Positions 41,551 to 54,830 of a stretch of DNA of 64,000 nucleotides are shown one piece after another. The notes beneath the pieces were generated by a model. The model had not been told where the DNA came from. It saw only the letters and a program-made list of their open reading frames with translations, and did not search any database. How positions within the stretch are numbered: position 1 is the first letter of the stretch; each line of letters opens with the position of its first letter. Both the position numbers and the translations under genes were made by a program. Origin of the DNA: the human T2T-CHM13v2.0 reference genome, Homo sapiens; NCBI RefSeq assembly GCF_009914755.1, contig NC_060929.1, one strand, 5' to 3'.

Positions 41551-42252
41551 GCATGTAGTAATAGCATTACAAAAATATACATAGCAATGCAGAGAGGTTG
41601 GTTCAGAAGAAAATGGCCAGCAGGCAGCTTCCGAAGATTCCTTGGGCAAATATGCCCAGCTTAGGAACTTGCCTTACAGGCACAGAAAAGTGAAGATGTG
41701 AACAATGGCTTCATTGAGAGTGAGGTACCAATGCAGATAACCCTTTAAGTCATACAGAGAAGGAAATAACCATTTAGAGATTGGAACATTCAAAGTCCTA
41801 TGCTAGCTTATTTTCTCCTTATAGGAAACCAAATCATTAGTTTTTACTAAATCATTAGTGAACCTATAGAAAATTAAATCATTATCAGAAGTTTCTTTAG
41901 AGGATATCAGCTTAACCAGAACAAAGAGAGTTCAACGAATTGAAAAGTTAACAGTGTCAGGAAAGAATACTCTAACTCATCCACTTCACATTAGAGATGG
42001 TCTTTCCATGGGACTGGGTTCTCAAGGCCAATTAGCTAAGAGGGCGGACTCCATTAATGAATGGCCATGTATGTGTTTGCTCTGCAGTAATCTTATTCCA
42101 CACTGGCATACTCTCCAAGACTTCTTTTATGTAATATCTATTTTCTTTAGGTTGATGACCATATCTTCAACAAGGAAGAAGAGCCCGGCTTACTAAAGGA
42201 GCTTTTGTGTACATAGGCTCTGGAAGACTCTGTGCTGATAGAATTGTGTTTT

Positions 42253-43138
42253 TTTTTAATACATATATATATTATTATACTTTAAGTTCTAGGGTACATA
42301 TGCACAACGTGCGGGTTTGTTACATATGTATACATTTGCCATGTTGGTGTGCTGCACCCATTAACTCGTCATTTACATTAGGTATATCTCCTAATGCTAT
42401 CCCTCCCCCATTCCCCCACCCCACAACAGGCCCCGGTGTGTAATGTTCCTCTTCCTGTGTCCAAGTGTTCTCATTGTTCAATTCCCACCTATAAGTGATA
42501 ACATGCGGTGTTTGGTTTTTTTGTCCTTGCGATAGTTTGCTGAGAATGATAGTTTCCAGCTTCATCCATGTCCCCACAGAGGACATGAACTCATCATTTT
42601 TTATGGCCGCATAGTATTCCATGGTGTATATGTGCCACATTTTGTTAATCCAGTCTATCATTGATGGACATTTGTGTTGGTTCCAAGTCTTTGCTATTGT
42701 GAATAGTGCCACAATAAACATACGTGTGCATGTGTCTTTATAGCAACATGTTTTATAATCCTTTGGGTATATACCCAGTAATGGGATGGCTGGATCAAAT
42801 GGTATTTCTAGTTCTAGATCCTTGAGGAATCGCCACACTGTCTTCCACAATGGTTGAACAGTTTACAGTCCCACCAACAGTGTAAAAGTGTTCCTGTTTC
42901 TCCACATCCTCTCCAGCACCTGTTGTTTCCTGACTTTTTAATGATCGCCATTCTAACTGGTGTGAGATGGTATCTCATTGTGGTTTTGATTTGCATTTCT
43001 CTGACGGCCAGTGATGATGAGCATTTTTTCATGTGTCTGTTGGCTGCATAAATGTCTTCTTTTAGCTGTTCATATCCTTCGCCCACATTGACAAAGGGCT
43101 AATATCCAGAATCTACAAAGAACTGAAACAAATTTACA
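42253..43138 (-). mobile_element. L1PA4/5-like 5'-truncated LINE-1 with 5' inversion (twin priming)
   Basis: Antisense 3'UTR/ORF2 end at 42253-43087; sense piece 'tgacaaagggctaatatccagaatctacaaag...tttacaag' at ~43089-43140; TSD aga(a/g)ttgtgtttt. Confidence 0.95.
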
Positions 43139-43140
43139 AG

Positions 43141-43410
43141 AGTTGTGTTTTAAGTACATGTTCCTCTATTTGACTATTTGAGTTCAAATCTTGGCTCCAC
43201 TTCTCCAGTACTTGGCTCTTTTATTTATTTGACCTTAAGCAATTGGTTCAACATTCTAGGCCACAGTTTCCTTGCCATTAAATGGTTAGAGTAGCAATGA
43301 CTATTTCATATTAGCTGTTATAAAAGTTGAAAGAAATTATGCAAATAAAGCACATAGCTCAGTTTCTGACATCACTTAAACACTCAATAAATTGTATCCT
43401 GTTTTATTAT
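43141..43410 (+). mobile_element. MIR
   Basis: 'tgagttcaaatcttggctccactt...cagtttccttgcc...cactcaataaattgt'. Confidence 0.8.
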
Positions 43411-43574
43411 TAAAAAGCAATCTTATTTCCAATTTGGGGAGATGCCTTACCTTTTGTTTTCAAACAATGGACCAAATACCTGCTTATACTTCTTTGCAGG
43501 AAAGAGTATTTTGGCCACCAGGTCTTTCTTCTTTGGAATCAGCATCTAGAATTTTAGGTGCTATGACTTTCTCT

Positions 43575-43950
43575 TGTCCCTGTGGTTTAAGTGGGGTTCA
43601 AACTGACCCTCAGGGTAGAATATTTTGGTTCATATACTACCAAATATGACTCAATTAATACACCAAAATGCCCCTGGCCACAGGGGATAGATGTATATCT
43701 CAGGCACCAAACTACAATATTAAGAGGAGCAAATTATTCATTCAAAATCAACTAGGATATGGGAGGATGAGTCTGAGAATGAAGCCAGTGGAAAGTAGTA
43801 GTGAGTGTTGAATGTAATCTGAATCTCCGGATTAAGCCACACTTGAAAGAAATTAGGCTTTTCACTTTGATGAACCAACATTTTCCCTGCCACTACTAGT
43901 TTAAGTTGAATTTTGTTTTACTTGCAAACTACAGTTTCTTAACTGATACA
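43575..43950 (+). mobile_element. Old MaLR LTR (MLT1K/L-like)
   Basis: 3' end 'agtttaagttgaattttgttttacttgcaaactacagtttcttaactgataca'. Confidence 0.55.
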
Positions 43951-44982
43951 ACATAAGGTGCAGGGCTGTTTCTTAATGAAAGAAATGAGAGACATATAAC
44001 AACACTTAGTAAACTGATAAAAATAAAAAAAAATAACAATGTGACAATTTTGTTATCCATTTTAATACCATTATCATTTCAAATATAATCTTAAGAGCCA
44101 GAAGATTATTAATTAAATGGAGTAGAAGATATGTGATAATACATTTCTCACAAAGCTCCTGCGGAACTCTTCTTCCTCCTTGTCGCCTGGGGACCAACAG
44201 CTGAGAACCAAGCTGAGGATTCTCTAGTATAGCCAGTTCCAATGCAGCCGTGTAAACGTGGTCTCCTGAATGTGGAAAGACGAGACTAGACCACATAAGA
44301 GCAAAGTTCCTGTAGCTGAGAAACTTACAATTCTGATTCCTCGTGCCCTGGTGTACTTGTGGATTTCATACCTCTCGTGATAACAGATAATCTACAGAAC
44401 TGATGGGAATGGGATCTACCCTTAAGCAAAATCTTAACTGGCTATGGAGCATTATGTTTCTCACTTTTCTTAACAAGGTCTAGTTCCAATCCCAATGTCC
44501 AATAGAAAAGGGGAAGTGTATTTATGTTTAAATAAATAAGCTTTAACCAATACTTCTTTGGTATGGTGTAACTCAATAATTATTTTGTGGTTTTGGCTAA
44601 ATCTTCGTAGGTTTCAAATAATTATTGACAACACTTGTAAATACTTATTAAAACTATCACTATAAAAAGTTGTGGTATTTATATATAAATAATACTTTTA
44701 GGCATGTTTACTTCTAGTCTTATAAAAATAATTTTAAATGTGTTTTTTTTCCTATTAATACATGTTAAAAATCTTTTAACATTTTGGAATACTTTTTAAT
44801 CTATGGTCCTATCTTCCTTTGTCTGCAAAACAAGAAATGTTTAGAGAAGCCATTATGAATCTGAGTAATGGAATTCCATGGTTCACTTTCATCTTGCAAT
44901 ACCAAAGGTCTGTTTACAATTTTGGGATCAGGATAATATTTCTAAGCTAATAGTCTTTCCTTAAAATAGCTGTTTAAATATA

Positions 44983-45731
44983 CAAGTCGAGGATTCCTAA
45001 TCTAAAAAACTGAATTCTGAAATGCTCCAAGATCCTGAACTTTTTGAGCACTGATGTGAGGCCTCAAGTGGAAAATTCCATACCTGACTTCATGTAATGG
45101 GCTGCTATGGTTTGGGTGTTTGTCCTCACTGAACTTCAAGTTGAAATTGATCCCTATTATTGGAAGTGGGGCCTAATATTGGGGTCATAGGTCTGGAACC
45201 CTCATGAAAAAATTAATGCCATCCTTTGGAGGTTGGTGAGTTCTCACTTTTTAGTTTTCTCTAGGTCTGGTTGTTAAAAAGAGCCCAGCATCTCCCCCAT
45301 TTCTCTTGCTTCTTTTTGTGCCACATGGCCTCTGCACATTGCTGGCTCCCCTTTGCCTTCTACCATGAGAGGAAGCTGACTGACACCCTCACCAGATGAA
45401 GATGCCGGTGCCATGCTTCTTGTACAATCTGCAGAACCATGAGCCAAACAAATCTCATTTCTTCATAAGTTACCTAGCCTGAGGTATTCCTATGCAGCAG
45501 CACAAACTGGACAAAGACATGGGTCACAGTCAAAATGCTGCCAACACTTTGTTTCATGCACAAAATTGTTAAAAATATTGCATGAAATTATCTTCAGGCA
45601 ATCTGTAAAAGGCATACATAAAACAAAAACATTTCATATTTAGACTTGGCTTTCCATTCCCAAGATATCTAATTATATATATGCAAATATTAAAACATCT
45701 GAAAAGATCCTAAGTCCAAAATACTCTGGTC
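44983..45731 (+). mobile_element. Tigger4b-like DNA transposon split by an MST LTR
   Basis: 'tgaaatgctccaagatcctgaactttttgagc...caagtggaaaattccatacctgac' and 'tttgtttcatgcacaaaatt...cccaagatatct...atgcaaatatt'. Confidence 0.85.
45103..45519 (+). mobile_element. MaLR solo LTR, MSTB/MSTB1-like
   Basis: 'tgctatggtttgg...gttgaaattgatccc...gcagaaccatgagccaaa...gacaaagaca'; 5-bp TSD tgggc/tgggt. Confidence 0.92.
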
Positions 45732-47639
45732 TGTGCGTGTGTGTATGTATATATATATATAAAATTTTCATCTCATTGCTATCAACAATTTATTGTATAT
45801 ATTAACCCCAATTAAAGAAGCTATTTTATACCTTTATTCCCATCATATATTTTTCACTTAAAAATACTGAACTTTGAATTAAAAATGCACACTGGGACAT
45901 TACCACATTCCGATAAAAAAAGGCTTAAAGGTGGTCAGACTAGGATTTAGTAAATTAGTAATTAATACTAAAAATTTTCCCAGAGGCACTTAGAATAAAT
46001 ATGTGGGAATAACAGGAAATTGTTTGAATGAGACATCTCTCTATCTTTCCCTTTCTATCTCTGTCTCTGTCTGTGTGTGTTTCTCTCTCTCTTATTTTTT
46101 ATTATCCTTTTAATCTTCCCTCCTGCCTGCCACCAGGGTCCACATGCTGAGCCTGACCTTTAGTAAGCACCAAAAAGTAGTGCCTCATACTCCAGCTTTA
46201 AACATCTTTTTTGTTCCCTGTCATAACCTAGTTATCACTTGTTTCATTCCTCTAAGAAACTTGCAAGAAAACATGTTATTGCATCTCTAATTAATTAACT
46301 CACATAAATGTATTAATGACTTAGGATTTTGTTTGTTTTCTCATTTTAAAAAATTGTCTCCTGGGAGTATTTGTTATTCAAAAGGGAACTCCTAGAGACT
46401 TGAAGACAATACCATAGATTAAATCATGATTGGTAGAAATTTATGAGGCCTAGGAGAGAGATAGATTATGAAAGGAAGGAATCTTTTATAACATTTATCA
46501 AATTACCCCAGATAGACAATCTTCCCTCTGTTCTAATGTAAGATACATCCTAACTCAAAACCACTAAACCTTTTTGATGGTGTCACTCACATCATGAATT
46601 CTCCACAGTTTAAAAAAATCAACAAGAAGAAAAAGAAATAGAAAATAAAGAGAAGAAGAGAATGTGGAGAGATCAAGTAATATCTCTGTCTTTCTCAGGA
46701 ATTCACGGCTCAGATACAGGGTTACTGAGATTTTTAAACCTGGCACATCAGTAACAGCACAGACAAACAAAATGCAAAATGGACATGACAAATTTGATTT
46801 ATTCCAGGCAGAGATTCACCAAGCGAGAGATATCTATTGTTATATGAAATTATAAATGCTACCATCACATGCTGGAGAAGATAAACAATCTCTTATTCAC
46901 TTTAATTTTTCATGTCCAGATTTAAACTGGAAAAAATGCTTTCCATTTATGTTGCATTTAAAGGTTAAATCCTATGACCGAAGTAAAAATAAGCACAAAA
47001 AAATGGAGTTTGATTTACGTAGTGCTGCTGAACCTCCTCCTTCTCATTCCAATAGAAGTGATTTATTGCTAGATTGTGAGTTAAGGCATGTGATCTTTAG
47101 CAGATTATTTATTTATTTTTTGTTCAAACTGTTTTTTACCTCATGCCAAGTCCAAGCTCATTTAAATGAGGTCAAGATTGCAGCTGGTTCCTGGATGTGT
47201 TAAATGGTTTTCCTACAGCAGGTGACTTCTTTCCTTCAGTTATTTGTCCTTGGAGAAATTTTTGCACCTTCCCCAAGGAAATGGGAGGAGGGACTTTTTA
47301 AAAGGTTAGTGGATGAATCAGTAGTTAAATTATCTTCAAATATTTAATAGGCCTCTAAGGTATTAAAGTTATGTCTGGATCTGTTTGACTGCTATTATCA
47401 ATTTGAGGTGGCTAATTTTCTTCATCAAAGAAAGGACTCTTTGCTGGCCTCTGCAAAATATGCTTAATCTTTCATTGTTGACATTTCCACTTGCGAAATA
47501 ATCAATGTAATTATCAGGATTATCCTTGAGTATGGCTAAATGGAATCAGAAAATGATTGGGATTTCTTCAAAAAAGTTGAAAACATTTCAGAGAATTTCT
47601 CATTTAAAATGTCTATTGAAGCCAATTGCAGATAATTCA

Positions 47640-47733
47640 TCTATATATATAATTGATGAATTAATATATATAATATATATTTATTATATATTATGTATAA
47701 TATGTATACAATTATATATTTTCTCATATATAT
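47640..47733. repeat. (TA)-rich low-complexity tract
   Basis: Read directly. Confidence 0.85.
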
Positions 47734-47910
47734 GAGAAAAGAAACTCATAAAATATTTTGGTTTATGTATTTATAGAGGCATCAACAATAAAAACTGCTT
47801 CAGTCAGTAAGTTTTAGTCTTGAAATAGGCTTGATATGCAAAGGATAGACATTAAGGTACACATATTTCTCCTTATGACAGGGAGTGAGATGGGGTAGAT
47901 GAAACATAGT

Positions 47911-48590
47911 ATATCAGTACAAGTCTTGTGGGAACAAGATGAGGAAACAAATTCAAACCAATTTAAGAGCAGCAAGTAGAATTTATTGGCTGGTAAAGTC
48001 CAGAAAAATGTTTCACAACCAGACCAAGAGAAAATGCCAGGATGCTGCTTGGTGCTAGGTGCATGTGGGGCCAGGAAACCAGATACCCCTGGTGTTCCCT
48101 AGCTTTTCTCTCTCACTACAGACCAGCTTTGTCCAAAAGACAATGTAGGAAAAGAATCCACTCTAGCTTATTTCAACCGAAAGATTTATTACGTTTATTA
48201 AATAGATTATGAATTATTGGGAAAGCTAAAAAAATAGAACCTAGGCTGAATTTCCAGGAACAGCTTCCAAAGGCTCTTTGCCGTACTGCATAGCCAAGAG
48301 CACTGCTGCCTCTAACCTAACTGAAAACTGCCAACAAAACTGGAAGTCGCCACTGCAGCTGTTCATTGCTAAACTTTCTGCCTCTGCCCCACTCTACACT
48401 AGTAAAACCTCTGCCTTTTTCACTGGAAATTCAGTTTTGAATTCATGTCTCATCCATGTGCACTTAATTGGTAGAGTCCAAAGTTCACCTAGAACCCTCA
48501 CTGAAAGGAAGTCTGGAAGAGGTAGTTTTAGGTGGTTTTAGCCCTTCAGCTTCAGCAGTGCAAGAAGGCACTCTAGAAGGAGATTGGAAG
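47911..48590 (-). mobile_element. Ancient LTR (MaLR MLT1-like) fragments
   Basis: 'aaattcaaaccaatttaag...gaatttattggct' and 'taattggtagagtccaaagttcac...aaaggaagtctggaag'. Confidence 0.4.
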
Positions 48591-49600
48591 AGATAAGAGA
48601 TATTGAGTCAACGCATAATACACTTCCTGGGCATGAAATATGCCTGGTATGTTCTGAGTTTCCAGTTTAGAAATTCAACCATTAGAAAGAGATTGAGTCA
48701 ATGCTCTTGCAAGTTTTAAAATTCCCAAGGCACAATAATTCACCTTTTCCTCATCTGATAACCACCTCTTGTCAGTGGAAAGGGTCACTTTGAATAAAAT
48801 GCTCACTCCTATGGTGATGGTGCTGATGGGGCCACAGTTGCTGGAAAAGGAGTGCGGGGTCAACAACCCCATAGATTTTCATTTTGTGTATATATGTGTG
48901 TATACATACATATGTATGTATTTATCATTTACGTGTGTGTGTGACTATTTACCCTTTATATATGTATATCACGTGACTAGGTATTCACATATCTAAATTC
49001 AAATATGCTACAGTGGATAGTAAATACCAATCAAGTGATAGTGTCATTACCAAAATTTGGTGTTTAGAGTTTGTATAAAAGTTATACAAGCTTGTTATTT
49101 GCTGCTGTGCCATCAAATTGCGTGTTTCTCAGGCAAGGCTCATAATATAAGCAAAGGTGCAATTTGAGGATCATAACGGACATTTGCTAGAGGCTCAGAA
49201 GACTGGGAGAAATTTTGAAAAGGAAAACCTGTAGCCAGATTTTACTAGTCCTTGAACTACTGGAAAACCAATTTAGATGGTCTCTTCTAAGGAATGTATT
49301 GCACATAAAAGCATTAAACACAATTTCTGAAGGTTAGTCTAGGGGTGGTATAAAAAACAAATGTGGAAGACAACAGATGCAGAAAGGCCAGAAAGGAGGA
49401 TAAAGCCACTATTCTAGAGACAAACTGATGCAACTAAAGAGGGTAGTGGAAGGAACAAAAAAAAGATGAGACAAATGAACTGTGGTTTTCATAAACATGG
49501 TTTTAAAATCATAACTTTTTAATTTATTTCACATTTTTGGGAAAATGTATGAAACTGCTTTAGATCAAGGAACGTAAAACCATCATTGCAAAACTTATTT

Positions 49601-49857
49601 CATTTTTGAGATGGAGTCCAGCTCTGTTGCCCAGGCTGGAGTGTGGTGGCACGATCTTGGCTCACTGCAACCTCCACCTCCCAGGGTTCAAGCGATTCTT
49701 CTGCCTCAGCCTCCTGAGTAGCTGGGACTACAGGTGTCCACCACCACACCTGACTAACTTTTGTATTTTTAACAGAGACGGGGTTTTGCCATGTTGGTCA
49801 GGCTGGTCTGGAACTCCTGACTTCAATTGATCCACTCTCCTTGGCCTCCCAAAGTGA
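49601..49857 (-). mobile_element. AluS, 5'-truncated, very short tail
   Basis: Antisense Alu; TSD caaaacttattt at 49589-49600 and 49858-49869. Confidence 0.94.
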
Positions 49858-52150
49858 CAAAACTTATTTTTACGTTAACACTGTATTGCTTGATGTACTT
49901 AATAAAATGATACATGTAAATTTGGAAAGCCATTGACAGTCACATAAGCCCAATTTTCCAAAGTAAAATTATGGAAGCTAAATTATTGAACCGAAGTCAA
50001 CACAGCTTCCAATTAGAGAAGGAAGAAGTAGAGTTCCTAGAAAGTGGTCAAGTAATCAGTATTCCAATTTACCATTTCCAAGGGAAGCTGGCTTTGAAGA
50101 TGCATGCAATCTCATAACTTGTGACTTAAAGTATTTTGCCTAGTATCAGAGGGGAGACTTGTTACCTTGGGAGAAAAGGGCTAAAAAATTTACATAAGAA
50201 AAACGTGGAAGTAAAAATAGCAGTACACAAAAATCTTGACATCTACTCTTGCTATTGTAGGCTTTCCATTTCTGTAGGTAAGTTGACCTGTTTCAAGATG
50301 GTTTTACCCTCATGTAAGTCCTAAACATATTTTCTTTCTACTGGACCCATTGTTACTACCATTCAAATGGTTGTGAGCCTGGTAGGTAAGAACCAGAGAT
50401 GGCTGGCACAGAAATAATTCTCCTTTCTTGCTTGGCTTCCTTAAGTTTACCTTCCTGATTATGAAAATTAAAATTCAGGATGATTTTTAACAGTCTTTTG
50501 TGTTTTACCACTCCACTTTTTAAACTAGAGTATCAGTGTGAAATAAGAGGATTTATAACAGCCATGTTTCTCTGGTTTCTTAGAAGGATACACATGAGTA
50601 ATCAATACACAGTAATGAAATGGAACACTTGTGTCATGGATTTTTCGGATTCAAATTTCACTGGGAGCAAATGCACCAAAAGAAGTTTCCTATCCAAGCC
50701 TTGTCTAATAAACAGACCCGACAGTATATTACACAGCAATCTTTCTCAACTCCTGTGTGTGTGAGACTTTGGCTCATTTTCAATGTGTTGCTCTTCAAGT
50801 TAATTCCGTAGCTATGTATCTATGTCATTTACTTGATATTCATTGAGAGTTATACCTTATTCCAAGTTTGATTATTTCCTGCTTTTAATCTTAAGATCTT
50901 AGAGTTTTACTCTAATCCCATGATCCTTAAAAGAGTATTTGGAAAAGATACATGCCTATGTTTTTCATATTACTCCCATAAGAAAAGACGCTTACAAACT
51001 TTTTTCAATAAAGAAATAATTCAACTTTATGTGAAATATTAATCAGTGCCAGTATTTCCATATGCTTACGATTTGCTACATTAAAGCATTCATCGATATT
51101 CATTAATAATGGTTAGTCCTTTATTCATGCTGAATGCTGTTCTTTTTCTTTTTTCCCCTAACAAACAAACAAACAAAGAAAAAGAATATAATCACAGCTT
51201 CCAATATTAAAATATAATTTAACAACAGAAAAGTTAAGTCTAATTCTTTTCTTACTGTAGCTTGGCTCAGAATATAATTTGGAAGAGGCTTAAAGCCTCA
51301 ATTTCAATTGGCCTCGCTTATTCTCAGTGCAACCTTGAAATAAATTTATTGTTTTTCATTTATATTTAAGGTCAGATGAAAGATAAGTTAGGATCTATTG
51401 CACTGGCTGTAACAACCAATAAAATAGCTCACCACAGCCTGGAGAATACCTAGTTCCTAATCACAAATGATGTGAAACATAGTCCATTACAGAAGTTGCC
51501 ATTTTACACTACATCCATGTCCTAAGTAAGAAAATAATTTATATTCTTATCTGTGGAGCTAATGTTCATATGATAGAGGTAGAATGATACAACTGCTTAG
51601 AAATTCTATTAGCTGGGCTATTAGAATTATTTTAGTTGGGCAAGTTGGAGAATAGCAGCATTTAAATGAATAATATTCATTAAAATAAATATTCATATTA
51701 AAAGTAAAAACACTTTCACTAATAAAACAGCCAGTACCTTTCTTTTCATTTGTATCACCTATATACATATTTTTAGACTCAAATTGTCTAAAACAAGTGA
51801 GACAAACTTTACAAGTAAATGTCTCCCTCCCAATACTATCTTTAATAGTACCCTGTAGCATACTGATCATTTAATAAATCTAATATTCTGTAGAAAATTT
51901 ATAACCTTGAGAAAATACTTTTGACCTATAATTTGTGTGCAACAAATTCACCAATTTTAATTGTATAATTTGATGTGTTTTAACAAATGTATAATATAGT
52001 GTTGTAAGTCACACCAAAATCATGATATAGAATATTTTCATTGCTCCAAGAAACTCCCTTGTGCTCTTTTTGTAGAGAGTGTACTATAAATTTATTGGTA
52101 TATCTAACAGGCTTTTATCTGTAATTCATGAATCAGGGCAGTTAGAATAA

Positions 52151-52617
<467 letters not shown>

Positions 52618-53207
52618 TGTTATTTTCTTCTTATTGTTTCTTGTGTTTATTGTACTTATTTTCCTTCTGCTTACTGGATTTAATTAGCTCTTTTGCCTGA
52701 TATTCCCCTTTGTCTTAAGTTTTTAAAGTTGAATTCTTAAATTATTAATTGAGCCCTTTCATCTGTTCTACCATAAGTATTTGATGCTATGCATTTTCCT
52801 CTGTGCACCGCTTTTGCTCTACTCTGAAAATTCTGATAATGTTATGTTTTTATCTGGTTTACTTTTATTTTATTTTTATTTTCATCTGGTAAAGACATTT
52901 CTCATTTCACTTTGTCCTTTCTCCCATGAGGTATTTAGGAAGTGTTGTTTAATTTCCAAATATTTCAGGGATTTTCCAGATACTTTTTAGTTATTGAATT
53001 CTAATTTAACTCCATTGTGATCAGAGGGCATGATTTTCTGGGATTTCAGTTTCTTTAAGTATATTGAGATTTGTTTTATAGCCCTGAATAAGGTGTATTT
53101 TGGCAAATATTCTGTGCACACATAGAAATAATGTGTATTTTGCTGTTGTTGAGTGGAGAGTTCATTGGGTCAAGATGATTGATAGTGTTGTTTAAGTCTT
53201 TCATACA

Positions 53208-53691
53208 CAGTTTATCCTTGAACAACCCTTGAGAGTTAAAAGTGCCAACCTCCTGTGTGGTCAAAAAATCTTTGTGTAACTTTCAACTTTCCAGAATCTT
53301 AACTAGTATAACCTGCTGTTGACCATAAGCCTTGCTGGTAACATAAACAGTTGATTAGCACCTATTTGGTATGTTATGTGTATTTTATAGAATAAAGTTA
53401 GCTAGATAAAACAAAATATAATTTAAAATCATAAGGAAGAAAAAATGTATCTACAATTCATTAAGTTGAAATGTATCATAGAAGTCTTCATCTTCATTTT
53501 CTTTGTGTTAAGTAGGCTGAGGAAGAGGGGTAGTTGGTCTTCCTGTCTCAGAGGCGACAGAGGCAGAAGAGGTGGAGGAGATAGAAGAGGATGCAGGAGA
53601 TGAAGGCACACTTGGTGTAAATTTGATTGAAAAACATCTGAGTATAAGTGGATCTACATGGTTCAGACTCATATTATTCAAGGGTCAACTA
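53208..53691 (-). mobile_element. Tigger2a-like DNA transposon
   Basis: TIRs 'cagtttatccttgaacaac' / 'attattcaagggtcaact'. Confidence 0.85.
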
Positions 53692-53799
53692 TCCTAACTG
53701 ATTTTCTGTCTACTTTTATATCAGTTACCAAAACAGATGGGTTGAAATTTTGTACAATAATTCCCAAGAAAGGAAATCTTCTCATTGGACAGGACAGAC

Positions 53800-53955
53800 A
53801 AAAAAAATTGGCTCTTCAAGATGTGAATAAGAATTTAACAGGATGTTAACTACAGAAAGAATATCCTAGAGTTAAAAACAAGAAATTGGGTCTTTCAAAA
53901 TGTGAATAAGAATGCAACAGAATGTTAACTACACAAAGGATATCCTAGAGTAAAA
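53800..53955 (+). repeat. Two-copy ~78-79-bp tandem duplication
   Basis: 'aaattgg..tcaa.atgtgaataagaat..aacag.atgttaactaca.aaag.atatcctagagt' at 53805 and 53883. Confidence 0.92.
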
Positions 53956-54319
53956 TGTATGTACATTAAATGTTAGCTAGATAAAATTACAAAGTTTTAC
54001 CCATTTTCTAACTACAGCTGTCTTTAAGAAGTGCTTTGGATCATAGATGGGAGTAAGAAGAGATTAGAAATAATGGCATTTGTGGGTATTTATGCAAATG
54101 TCTTGCTTTATTATTTTCTTAATGCTGCTTAATACACCTAAAGTTATAGAAGAAAAAAATAAGGAAATTTAGATTTTGTTATATTGAGATAATGTTAAAT
54201 ATCTTGAAGTATACAGAATGTAACTACAAAAACAATTAAAAAATCACCACCATTTCCACCAAAAACATTTTCTGCAAAATGAGAAGTATGTCTGAAGGAG
54301 GAGGGAAATGGGCGATGTG

Positions 54320-54830
54320 GCAGCTTAAAATGAGGACCAGTTCATGAAGTGCCTGGCAGTCATTCTAACAGCTTGATATTTTATCCTGATGGCAAAAGGA
54401 ATCACTGAAGGACTTTAGGGATTGAATTACTAATGGGTTAATATATTAGTATATATGGGATTTGTCAAGACCACTTTGGCAGAAAAATGGAGGATTCAAG
54501 GCAAAGAGTAACAATTAGGCATTTAGAACTTATGTAATTTTACTGAAAGTCAATGAAAACCTAAATGGAGGGGGGTGGTGTCCAAATTTGGAAGAAGATT
54601 TCTGAAGAAAATTCATTTGAGGATCACTTGAAGGTGTATAATTAGATAGAGATTCCAATAAATTTAAATCTAATGAAAAGTTGTAGAAATCAAGCTAAAA
54701 GTACAAGAATATTCTTATTAAAAGACAGGTATATGCTTTGTTAGGTTTTAAATAAATGACTTTTGAGCTGCCTATGAAACTTCTGGGTAGAATTCAATAG
54801 AGAGCTTGAATTAGAGCTTTAGGGCTTAGC
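54320..54830 (-). mobile_element. Decayed L2
   Basis: 'ttttatcctgatggcaaaaggaatcactgaaggacttta', 'ttttgagctgcctatgaaac'. Confidence 0.55.

Noticed and set aside
42151-42216. Plus-strand acceptor followed by peptide-like VDDHIFNKEEEPGLLKELLCT*
   Set aside because: No convincing donor or poly(A) signal, and no recognisable homology
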